Source: Nemertoderma westbladi (lineage: Eukaryota > Animalia > Xenacoelomorpha). From it: a DNA stretch of 64,000 nt. The notes below the pieces were generated by a model that saw only the letters and a program-made list of their open reading frames with translations, ran no database searches and had not been told where the DNA came from. Position 1 is the first letter of the stretch; each line of letters opens with the position of its first letter. Where the stretch lies: contig JAUCBJ010002084.1 in assembly GCA_032718475.1 (NCBI GenBank), positions 14,909 to 78,908 on the forward strand, written 5' to 3'. A program made the position numbers and the translations under genes. Below are positions 1-15,000 of this stretch, one piece after another.

Positions 1-3000
1 TGATCAGTTGAAGGTCCCTTTAACCAGCCGGCTGCCACAGAACAATCTCACACACAGAATGATCAGTTGCAGGTCCGTTGCAGGTCCCTCCAACCACCGG
101 CTGCCATAAAACAATCTCATACACAGACTGATCAGTTGCAGGTCCCTCAAACCAGCCGGCTGCCACAGAACAATCTCACACACAGAATGATCAGTTGCAG
201 GTCCCTCCGACCACCGGCTGCCATAGAACAATCTCACACACAGATTGATCAGTTGCAGGTCCCTCCAACCAGCCGGCTGCCATAGAACAATCTCACACAC
301 AGTTTGATCAGTGCAGGTTCCTCCAACCAGCCGGCTGCCATAGAACAATCTCACACACAGAATGATCAGTTGCAGGTCCCTCCGACCACCGGCTGCCATA
401 GAACAATCTCACACACAGATTGATCAGTTGCAGGTCCCTCCAACCAGCCGGCTGCCATAGAACAATCTCACACACATAATGATCAGTTGCAGGTCTCTCC
501 AACCAGCCGGCTGCCATAGAACAATCTCACACACAGACTGATCAGTTGCAGGTCCCTCCAACCAGCCGGCAGCCATAGAACAATCTCACGCACAGACTGA
601 TCAGTTGAAGGTCCCTCCAACCAGCCGGCTGCCATAGAACAATCTCACACACAGACTGATCAGTTACAGGTCACTCCAACCAGCCGGCTGCCATAGAACA
701 ATCTCACACACAGAATGATCAGTTGCAGGTCCCTCCAACCAGCCGGCTGCCATAGAACAATCTCACACACAGACTGATCAGTTACAGGTCACTCCAACCA
801 GCCGGCTGCCATAGAACAATCTCACACACAGAATGATCAGTTGCAGGTCTCTCCAACCAGCCGGCTGCCATAGAACAATCTCAAACCCAGACTGATCAGT
901 TGCAGGTCCCTCCAACCAGCCGGCTGCCATAGAACAATCTCACACACATAATGATCAGTTGCAGGCCCCTCCAACCAGCCGGCCACCATAGAACAATCTC
1001 ACACACAGACTGATCAGTTGCAGGTCCCTCCAACCAGCCGTCTGCCATAGAACAATCTCACACACAAAATGATCAGTTGCAGGTCTCTCCAGCCAGCCGG
1101 CTGCCATAGAACAATCTCACACACAGACTGATCAGTTGCAGGTCCCTCCAACCAGCCGGCTACCATAGAACAATCTCACACACAGACTGATCAGTTGCAG
1201 GTCTCTCCAACCAGCCGGCTGCCATAGAACAATCTCACACACAGACTGATCAGTTGCAGGTCCCTCCAACCAGCCGGCAGCCATAGAACAATCTCACGCA
1301 CAGACTGATCAGTTGAAGGTCCCTCCAACCAGCCGGCTGCCATAGAACAATCTCACACACAGACTGATCAGTTACAGGTCACTCCAACCAGCCGGCTGCC
1401 ATAGAACAATCTCACACACAGAATGATCAGTTGCAGGTCCCTCCAACCAGCCGGCTGCCATAGAACAATCTCACACACAGACTGATCAGTTACAGGTCAC
1501 TCCAACCAGCCGGCTGCCATAGAACAATCTCACACACAGAATGATCAGTTGCAGGTCTCTCCAACCAGCCGGCTGCCATAGAACAATCTCAAACCCAGAC
1601 TGATCAGTTGCAGGTCCCTCCAACCAGCCGGCTGCCATAGAACAATCTCACACACATAATGATCAGTTGCAGGCCCCTCCAACCAGCCGGCCACCATAGA
1701 ACAATCTCACACACAGACTGATCAGTTGCAGGTCCCTCCAACCAGCCGTCTGCCATAGAACAATCTCACACACAAAATGATCAGTTGCAGGTCTCTCCAG
1801 CCAGCCGGCTGCCATAGAACAATCTCACACACAGACTGATCAGTTGCAGGTCCCTCCAACCAGCCGGCTACCATAGAACAATCTCACACACAGACTGATC
1901 AGTTGCAGGCCCCTCCAACCAGCCGGCCACCATAGAACAATCTCACACACAGACTGATCAGTTGCAGGTCCCTCCAACCAGCCGTCTGCCATAGAACAAT
2001 CTCACACACAAAATGATCAGTTGCAGGTCTCTCCAGCCAGCCGGCTGCCATAGAACAATCTCACACACAGACTGATCAGTTGCAGGTCCCTCCAACCAGC
2101 CGGCTACCATAGAACAATCTCACACACAGACTGATCAGTTGCAGGTCCCTCAAACCAGCCGGCTGCCATAGAACAATCTCACACACAGACTGATCAGTTG
2201 CAGGTCACTCCAACCACCCGGCTGCCATAGAACAATCTCACACACATAATGATCAGTTGCAGGTCTCACCAACCAGCCGGCTGCCATAGAACAATCTCAC
2301 ACACAGACTGATCAGTTGCAGGTCACTCCAACCACCCGGCTGCCATAGAACAATCTCACACACATAATGATCAGTTGCAGGTCTCACCAACCAGCCGGCT
2401 GCCATAGAACAATCTCACACACAGACTGATCAGTTGCAGGTCCCTCCAATCAGCCGGCTGTAATAGAACAATCTCACACACAGACTGATCAGTTACAGGT
2501 CACTCCTACCAGCCGGCTGCCATAGAACAATCTCACACACAGAATGATCAGTTGCAGGTCTCTCCAACCAGCCGGCTGCCATAGAACAATCTCATACACA
2601 GACTGATCAGTTGCAGGTCCCTCCAACCAGCCGTCTGCCATAGAACAATCTCTCACAGAGACTGATCAGTTGCAGGTCACTCCAACCAGCCGGCTGCCAT
2701 AGAACAATCTCACACACAGAATGATCAGTTGCAGGTCACTCCAGACAGACGGCTGCCATAGAACAATCTCACACACAGACTGATCAGTTGCAGGTCCCTC
2801 CAACAAGCCGGCTGCCATAGAACAATCTCATACAGAGTCTGATCAGTTGCAGGTCCCTTCAACCAGCCAGCTGCCATAGAACAATCTCACACAGAGACTG
2901 ATCAGTTGCAGGTCACTCCAACCAGCCGGCTGCCATAGAACAATCTCACACACAGAATGATCAGTTGCAGGTCCCTCCAACCAGCCGGCTGCCATAGAAC

Positions 3001-6000
3001 AATCGCACACAGAGACTGGTTAGTTGCAGGTCACTCCAACCAGCCGGCTGCCATAGAACAATCTCATACACAGACTGATCAGTTGCAGGTCCCTCCAACC
3101 AGCCGGCTGCCATAGAACAATCTCACACACATAATGATCAGTTGCAGGCCCCTCCAACCAGCCGGCCACCATAGAACAATCTCACACACAGACTGATCAG
3201 TTGCCATTCCCTCCAACCAGCCGTCTGCCATAGAACAATTTCACACACAAAATGATCAGTTGCAGGTCTCTCCAACCAGCCGGCTGCCATAGAACAATCT
3301 CACCACAGACTGATCAGTTGCAGGTCCCTCCAACCAGCCGGCTACCATAGAACAATCTCACACACAGACTGATCAGTTGCAGGTCCCTCAAACCAGCCGG
3401 CTGCCATAGAACAATCTCACACACAGACTGATCAGTTGCAGGTCACTCCAACCACCCGGCTGCCATAGAACAATCTCACACACATAATGATCAGTTGCAG
3501 GTCTCTCCAACCAGCCGGCTGCCATAGAACAATCTCACACACAGACTGATCAGTTGCAGGTCCCTCCAACCAGCCGGCTGCCATAGAACAATCTCACACA
3601 CAGAATGATCAGTTGCAGGTCACTCCAACCAGCCGGCTGCCATAGAACAATCTCACACACAGACTGATCAGTTACAGGTCACTACTACCAGCCGGCTGCC
3701 ATAGAACAATCTCACACACAGACTGATCAGTTACAGGTCACTACTACCAGCCGGCTGCCATAGAACAATCTCACACACAGACTGATCAGTTGCAGGTCTC
3801 TCCAATCAGCCGGCTGCCATAGAACAATCTCACACACAGACTGATCAGTTACAGGTCACTACTACCAGCCGGCTGCCATAGAACAATCTCACACACAGAC
3901 TGATCAGTTGCAGGTCTCTCCAATCAGCCGGCTGCCATAGAACAATCTCACACACAGACTGATCAGTTACAGGTCACTACTACCAGCCGGCTGCCATAGA
4001 ACAATCTCACACACAGAATGATCAGTTGCAGGTCCGTTGCAGGTCCCTCCAACCACCGGCTGCCATAGAACAATCTCATACACAGACTGATCAGTTGAAG
4101 GTCCCTCTAACCAGCCGGCTGCCACAGAACAATCTCACACACAGAATGATCAGTTGCAGGTCCCTCCAACCAGCCGGCTGCCATAGAACAATCACACGCA
4201 CATAATGATCAATTGCAGGCCCCTCCAACCAGCCGGCCAACATAGAACAATCTCACACACAGACTGATCAGTTGCAGGTCACTCCAACCAGCCGTCTGCC
4301 ATAGAACAATCTCTCACAGAGACTGATCAGTTGCAGGTCCCTCCAACCAGCCGGCTGCCATAGAACAATCTCACACACAGACTGATTAGTTGCAGGTCAC
4401 TCCAACCAGCCGGCTGCCATAGAACAATCTCACACACAGAATGATCAGTTGCAGGTCTCTCCAACCAGACGGCTGCCATAGAACAATCTCACACACAGAC
4501 TGATCAGTTGCAGGTCCCTCCAACAAGCCGGCTGCCATAGAACAATCTCATTCAGAGTCTGATCAGTTGAAGGTCCCTCTAACCAGCCGTCTGCCATAGA
4601 ACAATCTCTCACAGAGACTGATCAGTTGCAGGTCCCTCCAACCAGCCGGCTGCCATAGAACCATCACACGCACATAATGATCAATTGCAGGCCCCTCCAA
4701 CCAGCCGGCCACCATAGAACAATCTCATACACAGACTGATCAGTTGAAGGTCCCTCTAACCAGCCGGCTGCCACAGAACAATCTCACACACAGAATGATC
4801 AGTTGCAGGTCCCTCCAACCAGCCGGCTGCCATAGAACAATCTCACACACAGAATGATCAGTTGCAGGTCTCTCCAACCAGACGGCTGCCATAGAACAAT
4901 CTCACACACAGACTGATCAGTTGCAGGTCCCTCCAACAAGCCGGCTGCCATAGAACAATCTCATACAGAGTCTGATCAGTTGCAGGTCCCTCCAACAAGC
5001 CAGCTGCCATAGAACAATCTCACACAGAGACTGATCAGTTGCAGGTCACTCCAACCAGCCGGCTGCCATAGAACAATCTCACACACAGAATGATCAGTTG
5101 CAGGTCCCTCCAACCAGCCGGCTGCCATAGAACAATCTCACACAGAGACTGGTTAGTTGCAGGTCACTCCAACCAGCCGGGTGCCATAGAACAATCTCAC
5201 ACACAGAATGATCAGTTCCAGGTCACTCCAGTCAGACGGCTGCCATAGAACAATCTCACACACAGACTGATCAGTTGCAGGTCACTCCAACCAGCCGGCT
5301 GCCATAGAACAATCTCACACACAGAATGATCAGTTGAACGTCCCTCCAACCAGCCGGCTGGCATAGAACAATCTCACACAGAGACTGATCAGTTGCAGGT
5401 CCCTCCAACCAGAGGCTGCCATAGTACAATCTCACACACAAACTGATCAGTTGAAGGTCCCTCCAACCAGCCGGCTGCCATAGAACAATCTCACACACAG
5501 ACTGATCAGTTGAAGGTCCCTCCAACCAGCCGGCTGCCATAGAACAATCTCACACACAGACTGATCAGTTGCAGGTCCCTCCAATCAGTCGGCTGCCATA
5601 GAACAATCTCACACACAGAATGATCAGTTGCAGGTCCGTTGTTGCAGGTCCCTCTAACCAGCCGGCTGCCACAGAACAATCTCACACACAGAATGATCAG
5701 TTGCAGGTCCCTCCAACCACCGGCTGCCATAGAACAATCTCACACACAGAATGATCAGTTGCAGGTCCGTTGCAGGTCCCTCCAACCACCGGCTGCCATA
5801 GAACAATCTCATACACAGACTGATCAGTTGAAGGTCCCTCTAACCAGCCGGCTGCCACAGAACAATCTCACACACAGAATGATCAGTTGCAGGTCCCTCC
5901 AACCACCGGCTGCCATAGAACAATCTCACACACAGATTGATCAGTTGCAGGTCCCTCCAACCAGCCGGCTGCCATAGAACAATCTCACACACAGACTGAT

Positions 6001-9000
6001 CAGTTGCAGGTCCCTCCAACCAGCCGGCTGCCATAGAACAATCTCACACACAGATTGATCAGTTGCAGGTCTCACCAACCAGCCGGCTGCCATAGAACAA
6101 TCTCACACACAGACTGATCAGTTGCAGGTCCCTCCAATCAGCCGGCTGTAATAGAACAATCTCACACACAGACTGATCAGTTACAGGTCACTCCTACCAG
6201 CCGGCTGCCATAGAACAATCTCACACACAGAATGATCAGTTGCAGGTCTCTCCAACCAGCCGGCTGCCATAGAACAATCTCATACACAGACTGATCAGTT
6301 GCAGGTCCCTCCAACCAGCCGGCTGCCATAGAACAATCTCACACACATAATGATCAGTTGCAGGCCCCTCCAACCAGCCGGCCACCATAGAACAATCTCA
6401 CACACAGACTGATCAGTTGCAGGTCCCTCCAACCAGCCGTCTGCCATAGAACAATCTCTCACAGAGACTGATCAGTTGCAGGTCACTCCAACCAGCCGGC
6501 TGCCATAGAACAATCTCACACACAGAATGATCAGTTGCAGGTCACTCCAGACAGACGGCTGCCATAGAACAATCTCACACACAGACTGATCAGTTGCAGG
6601 TCCCTCCAACAAGCCGGCTGCCATAGAACAATCTCATACAGAGTCTGATCAGTTGCAGGTCCCTTCAACCAGCCAGCTGCCATAGAACAATCTCACACAG
6701 AGACTGATCAGTTGCAGGTCACTCCAACCAGCCGGCTGCCATAGAACAATCTCACACACAGAATGATCAGTTGCAGGTCCCTCCAACCAGCCGGCTGCCA
6801 TAGAACAATCGCACACAGAGACTGGTTAGTTGCAGGTCACTCCAACCAGCCGGCTGCCATAGAACAATCTCATACACAGACTGATCAGTTGCAGGTCCCT
6901 CCAACCAGCCGGCTGCCATAGAACAATCTCACACACATAATGATCAGTTGCAGGCCCCTCCAACCAGCCGGCCACCATAGAACAATCTCACACACAGACT
7001 GATCAGTTGCCATTCCCTCCAACCAGCCGTCTGCCATAGAACAATTTCACACACAAAATGATCAGTTGCAGGTCTCTCCAACCAGCCGGCTGCCATAGAA
7101 CAATCTCACCACAGACTGATCAGTTGCAGGTCCCTCCAACCAGCCGGCTACCATAGAACAATCTCACACACAGACTGATCAGTTGCAGGTCCCTCAAACC
7201 AGCCGGCTGCCATAGAACAATCTCACACACAGACTGATCAGTTGCAGGTCACTCCAACCACCCGGCTGCCATAGAACAATCTCACACACATAATGATCAG
7301 TTGCAGGTCTCTCCAACCAGCCGGCTGCCATAGAACAATCTCACACACAGACTGATCAGTTGCAGGTCCCTCCAACCAGCCGGCTGCCATAGAACAATCT
7401 CACACACAGAATGATCAGTTGCAGGTCACTCCAACCAGCCGGCTGCCATAGAACAATCTCACACACAGACTGATCAGTTACAGGTCACTACTACCAGCCG
7501 GCTGCCATAGAACAATCTCACACACAGACTGATCAGTTACAGGTCACTACTACCAGCCGGCTGCCATAGAACAATCTCACACACAGACTGATCAGTTGCA
7601 GGTCTCTCCAATCAGCCGGCTGCCATAGAACAATCTCACACACAGACTGATCAGTTACAGGTCACTACTACCAGCCGGCTGCCATAGAACAATCTCACAC
7701 ACAGACTGATCAGTTGCAGGTCTCTCCAATCAGCCGGCTGCCATAGAACAATCTCACACACAGACTGATCAGTTACAGGTCACTACTACCAGCCGGCTGC
7801 CATAGAACAATCTCACACACAGAATGATCAGTTGCAGGTCCGTTGCAGGTCCCTCCAACCACCGGCTGCCATAGAACAATCTCATACACAGACTGATCAG
7901 TTGAAGGTCCCTCTAACCAGCCGGCTGCCACAGAACAATCTCACACACAGAATGATCAGTTGCAGGTCCCTCCAACCAGCCGGCTGCCATAGAACAATCA
8001 CACGCACATAATGATCAATTGCAGGCCCCTCCAACCAGCCGGCCACCATAGAACAATCTCACACACAGACTGATCAGTTGCAGGTCACTCCAACCAGCCG
8101 TCTGCCATAGAACAATCTCTCACAGAGTCTGATCAGTTGCAGGTCCCTCCAACCAGCCGGCTGCCATAGAACAATCTCACACACAGAATGATCAGTTGCA
8201 GGTCCCTCCAACCACCGGCTGCCATAGAACAATCTCATACACAGACTGATCAGTTGAAGGTCCCTCTAACCAGCCGGCTGCCACAGAACAATCTCACACA
8301 CAGAATGATCAGTTGCAGGTCCCTCCAACCAGCCGGCTGCCATAGAACAATCACACGCACATAATGATCAATTGCAGGCCCCTCCAACCAGCCGGCCACC
8401 ATAGAACAATCTCACACACAGAATGATCAGTTGCAGGTCTCTCCAACCAGACGGCTGCCATAGAACAATCTCACACACAGACTGATCAGTTGCAGGTCCC
8501 TCCAACAAGCCGGCTGCCATAGAACAATCTCATTCAGAGTCTGATCAGTTGAAGGTCCCTCTAACCAGCCGTCTGCCATAGAACAATCTCTCACAGAGAC
8601 TGATCAGTTGCAGGTCCCTCCAACCAGCCGGCTGCCATAGAACAATCACACGCACATAATGATCAATTGCAGGCCCCTCCAACCAGCCGGCCACCATAGA
8701 ACAATCTCATACACAGACTGATCAGTTGAAGGTCCCTCTAACCAGCCGGCTGCCACAGAACAATCTCACACACAGAATGATCAGTTGCAGGTCCCTCCAA
8801 CCAGCCGGCTGCCATAGAACAATCTCACACACAGAATGATCAGTTGCAGGTCTCTCCAACCAGACGGCTGCCATAGAACAATCTCACACACAGACTGATC
8901 AGTTGCAGGTCCCTCCAACAAGCCGGCTGCCATAGAACAATCTCATACAGAGTCTGATCAGTTGCAGGTCCCTCCAACAAGCCAGCTGCCATAGAACAAT

Positions 9001-12000
9001 CTCACACAGAGACTGATCAGTTGCAGGTCACTCCAACCAGCCGGCTGCCATAGAACAATCTCACACACAGAATGATCAGTTGCAGGTCCCTCCAACCAGC
9101 CGGCTGCCATAGAACAATCTCACACAGAGACTGGTTAGTTGCAGGTCACTCCAACCAGCCGGGTGCCATAGAACAATCTCACACACAGAATGATCAGTTC
9201 CAGGTCACTCCAGTCAGACGGCTGCCATAGAACAATCTCACACACAGACTGATCAGTTGCAGGTCACTCCAACCAGCCGGCTGCCATAGAACAATCTCAC
9301 ACACAGAATGATCAGTTGAACGTCCCTCCAACCAGCCGGCTGGCATAGAACAATCTCACACAGAGACTGATCAGTTGCAGGTCCCTCCAACCAGAGGCTG
9401 CCATAGTACAATCTCACACACAAACTGATCAGTTGAAGGTCCCTCCAACCAGCCGGCTGCCATAGAACAATCTCACACACAGACTGATCAGTTGAAGGTC
9501 CCTCCAACCAGCCGGCTGCCATAGAACAATCTCACACACAGACTGATCAGTTGCAGGTCCCTCCAATCAGTCGGCTGCCATAGAACAATCTCACACACAG
9601 AATGATCAGTTGCAGGTCCGTTATTGCAGGTCCCTCTAACCAGCCGGCTGCCACAGAACAATCTCACACACAGAATGATCAGTTGCAGGTCCCTCCAACC
9701 ACCGGCTGCCATAGAACAATCTCACACACAGAATGATCAGTTGCAGGTCCGTTGCAGGTCCCTCCAACCACCGGCTGCCATAGAACAATCTCATACACAG
9801 ACTGATCAGTTGAAGGTCCCTCTAACCAGCCGGCTGCCACAGAACAATCTCACACACAGAATGATCAGTTGCAGGTCCCTCCAACCACCGGCTGCCATAG
9901 AACAATCTCACACACAGATTGATCAGTTGCAGGTCCCTCCAACCAGCCGGCTGCCATAGAACAATCTCACACACAGACTGATCAGTTGCAGGTCCCTCCA
10001 ACCAGCCGGCTGCCATAGAACAATCTCACACACAGATTGATCAGTTGCAGGTCCCTCCAACCAGCCGGCTGCCATAGAACAATCTCACACACAGATTGAT
10101 CAGATGCAGGTTCCTCCAACCAGCCGGCTGCCATAGAACAATCTCACACAGATTGATCAGTTGCAGGTCCCTCCAACCAGCCGGCTGCCATAGAACAATC
10201 TCACACACAGACTGATTAGTTGCAGGTCACTCCAACCAGCCGGCTGCCATAGAACAATCTCACACACAGAATGATCAGTTGCAGGTCACTCCAACCAGCC
10301 GGCTGCCATAGAACAATCTCACACACAGAATGATCAGTTGCAGGTCCCTCAAACCAGCCAGCTGCCATAGAACAATCTCACACAGAGACTGATCAGTTGC
10401 AGGTCACTCCAACCAGCCGGCTGCCATAGAACAATCTCACACACAGAATGATCAGTTGCAGGTCCCCCCAACCAGCCGGCTGCCATAGAACAATCTCACA
10501 CAGAGACTGGTTAGTTGCAGTTCACTCCAACCAGTCGGCTGCCATAGAACAATCTCACACACAGAATGATCAGTTGCAGGTCACTCCAGTCAGACGGCTG
10601 CCATAGAACAATCTCACACACAGACTGATCAGTTGCAGGTCACTCCAACCAGCCGGCTGCCATAGAACAATCTCACACACAGAATGATCAGTTGAACGTC
10701 CATCCAACCAGCCGGCTGGCATAGAACAATCTCACACAGAGACTGATCAGTTGCAGGTCCCTCCAACCAGCCGGCTGCCATAGTACAATCTCACACACAG
10801 ACTGATCAGTTGAAGGTCCCTCCAACCAGCCGGCTGCCATAGAACAATCTCACACACAGACTGATCAGTTGAAGGTCCCTCCAACCACCGGCTGCCATAG
10901 AACAATCTCACACACATAATGATCAGTTGCAGGCCCCTCCAACCAGCCGGCCACCATAGAACAATCTCACACACAGACTGATCAGTTGCAGGTCCCTCCA
11001 ATCAGCCGTCTGCCATAGAACAATCTCTCACAGAGACTGATCAGTTGCAGGTCACTCCAACCAGCCGGCTGCCATAGAACAATCTCACACACAGAATGAT
11101 CAGTTGCAGGTCACTCCAGCCAGACGGCTGCCTTAGAACAATCTCACACACAGACTGATCAGTTGCAGGTCCCTCCAACAAGCCGGCTGCCATAGAACAA
11201 TCTCATACAGAGTCTGATCAGTTGCAGGTCCCTCCAACCAGCCAGCTGCCATAGAACAATCTCACACACAGAATGATCAGTTGCAGGTCCCTCCAACCAG
11301 CCGGCTGCCATAGAACAATCGCACACAGAGACTGGTTAGTTGCAGGTCACTCCAACCAGCCGGCTGCCATAGAACAATCTCATACACAGACTGATCAGTT
11401 GCAGGTCCCTCCAACCAGCCGGCTGCCATAGAACAATCTCACACACATAATGATCAGTTGCAGGCCCCTCCAACCAGCCGGCCACCATAGAACAATCTCA
11501 CACACAGACTGATCAGTTGCCATTCCCTCCAACCAGCCGTCTGCCGTAGAACAATTTCACACACAAAATGATCAGTTGCAGGTCTCTCCAACCAGCCGGC
11601 TGCCATAGAACAATCTCACCACAGACTGATCAGTTGCAGGTCCCTCCAACCAGCCGGCTACCATAGAACAATCTCACACACAGACTGATCAGTTGCAGGT
11701 CCCTCAAACCAGCCGGCTGCCATAGAACAATCTCACACACAGACTGATCAGTTGCAGGTCACTCCAACCAGCCAGCTGCCATAGAACAATCTCACACAGA
11801 GAGTGATCAGTTGCAGGTCACTCCAACCAGCCGGCTGCCATAGAACAATCTCACACACAGAATGATCAGTTGCAGGTCCCTCCAACCAGCCGGCTGCCAT
11901 AGAACAATCTCACACAGAGACTGGTTAGTTGCAGGTCACTCCAACCAGCCGGCTGCCATAGAACAATCTCACACACAGAATGATCAGTTGCAGGTCACTC

Positions 12001-15000
12001 CAGTCAGACGCCTGCCATAGAACAATCTCACACACAGACTGATCAGTTGCAGGTCACTCCAACCAGCCGGCTGCCATAGAACAATCTCACACACAGAATG
12101 ATCAGTTGAACGTCCCTCCAACCAGCCGGCTGCCATAGAACAATCTCACACAGAGACTGATCAGTTGCAGGTCCCTCCAACCAGCCGGCTGCCATAGTAC
12201 AATCTCACACACAGACTGATCAGTTGAAGGTCCCTCCAACCAGCCGGCTGCCATAGAACAATCTCACACACAGACTGATCAGTTGAAGGTCCCTCCAACC
12301 AGCCGGCTGCCATAGAACAATCTCACACACATAATGATCAGTTGCAGGTCCCTCCAACCAGCCGGCTGCCATAGAACAATCTCACACACATAATGATCAG
12401 TTGAACGTCCCTCCAACCAGCCGGCTGCCATAGAACAATCTCACACACAGACTGATCAGTTGCAGGTCCCTCCAATCAGCCGGCTGCCATAGAACAATCT
12501 CACACACAGAATGATCAGTTGCAGGTCCGTTGCAGGTCCCTCCAACCACCGGCTGCCATAGAACAATCTCATACACAGACTGATCAGTTGAAGGTCCCTC
12601 TAACCAGCCGGCTGCCTCAGAACAATCTCACACACAGAATGATCAGTTGCAGGTCCCTCCAACCACCGGCTGCCATAGAACAATCTCACACACAGATTGA
12701 TCAGTTGCAGGTCCCTCCAACCAGCCGGCTGCCATAGAACAATCTCACACACAGACTGATCAGTTGCAGGTCCCTCCAACCAGCCCGGGCTGCCATAGAA
12801 CAATCTCACACACAGACTGATCAGTTGCAGGTCACTCCAACCAGCCGGCTGCCATAGAACAATCTCACACACAGAATGATCAGTTGCATGTCACTCCAAC
12901 CAGCCGGCTGCCATAGAACAATCTCACACACAGATTGATCAGATGCAGGTTTCTCCAACCAGCCGGCTGCCATAGAACAATCTCACACAGATTGATCAGT
13001 TGCAGGTCCCTCCAACCAGCCGGCTGCCATAGAACAATCTCACACACAGACTGATTAGTTGCAGGTCACTCCAACCAGCCGGCTGCCATAGAACAATCTC
13101 ACACACAGAATGATCAGTTGCAGGTCACTCCAACCAGCCGGCTGCCATAGAACAATCTCACACACAGAATGATCAGTTGCAGGTCCCTCAAACCAGCCAG
13201 CTGCCATAGAACAATCTCACACAGAGACTGATCAGTTGCAGGTCACTCCAACCAGCCGGCTGCCATAGAACAATCTCACACACAGAATGATCAGTTGCAG
13301 GTCCCCCCAACCAGCCGGCTGCCATAGAACAATCTCACACAGAGACTGGTTAGTTGCAGGTCACTCCAACCAGCCGGCTGCCATAGAACAATCTCACACA
13401 CAGAATGATCAGTTGCAGGTCACTCCAGTCAGACGGCTGCCATAGAACAATCTCACACACAGACTGATCAGTTGCAGGTCACTCCAACCAGCCGGCTGCC
13501 ATAGAACAATCTCACACACAGAATGATCAGTTGAACGTCCATCCAACCAGCCGGCTGGCATAGAACAATCTCACACAGAGACTGATCAGTTGCAGGTCCC
13601 TCCAACCAGCCGGCTGCCATAGTACAATCTCACACACAGACTGATCAGTTGAAGGTCCCTCCAACCAGCCGGCTGCCATAGAACAATCTCACACACAGAC
13701 TGATCAGTTGAAGGTCCCTCCAACCACCGGCTGCCATAGAACAATCTCACACACATAATGATCAGTTGCAGGCCCCTCCAACCAGCCGGCCACCATAGAA
13801 CAATCTCACACACAGACTGATCAGTTGCAGGTCCCTCCAATCAGCCGTCTGCCATAGAACAATCTCTCACAGAGACTGATCAGTTGCAGGTCACTCCAAC
13901 CAGCCGGCTGCCATAGAACAATCTCACACACAGAATGATCAGTTGCAGGTCACTCCAGCCAGACGGCTGCCATAGAACAATCTCACACACAGACTGATCA
14001 GTTGCAGGTCCCTCCAACAAGCCGGCTGCCATAGAACAATCTCATACAGAGTCTGATCAGTTGCAGGTCCCTCCAACCAGCCAGCTGCCATAGAACAATC
14101 TCACACAGAGACTGATCAGTTGCAGGTCACTCCAACCAGCCGGCTGCCATAGAACAATCTCACACACAGACTGATCAGTTGAAGGTCCCTCCAATCAGCC
14201 GTCTGCCATAGAACAATCTCTCACAGAGACTGATCAGTTGCAGGTCACTCCAACCAGCCGGCTGCCATAGAACAATCTCACACACAGAATGATCAGTTGC
14301 AGGTCACTCCAGCCAGACGGATGCCATAGAACAATCTCACACACAGACTGATCAGTTGCAGGTCACTCCAACCAGCCGGCTGCCATAGAACAATCTCACA
14401 CACAGAATGATCAGTTGAACGTCCCTCCAACCAGCCGGCTGCCATAGAACAATCTCACACAGAGACTGATCAGTTGCAGGTCCCTCCAACCAGCCGGCTG
14501 CCATAGTACAATCTCACACACAGACTGATCAGTTGAAGGTCCCTCCAACCACCGGCTGCCATAGAACAATCTCATACACAGACTGATCAGTTGAAGGTCC
14601 CTCCAACCAGCCGGCTGCCATAGAACAAGCTCACACACATAATGATCAGTTGCAGGTCCCTCCAACCAGCCGGCTGCCATAGAACAATCTCACACACATA
14701 ATGGTCAGTTGAACGTCCCTCCAACCAGCCGGCTGCCATAGAACAATCTCACACACAGACTGATCAGTTGCAGGTCCCTCCAATCAGCCGGCTGCCATAG
14801 AACAATCTCACACACAGAATGATCAGTTGCAGGTCCGTTGCAGGTCCCTCCAACCACCGGCTGCCATAGAACAATCTCATACACAGACTGATCAGTTGAA
14901 GGTCCCTCTAACCAGCCGGCTGCCTCAGAACAATCTCACACACAGAATGATCAGTTGCAGGTCCCTCCAACCACCAGCTGCCATAGAACAATCTCACACA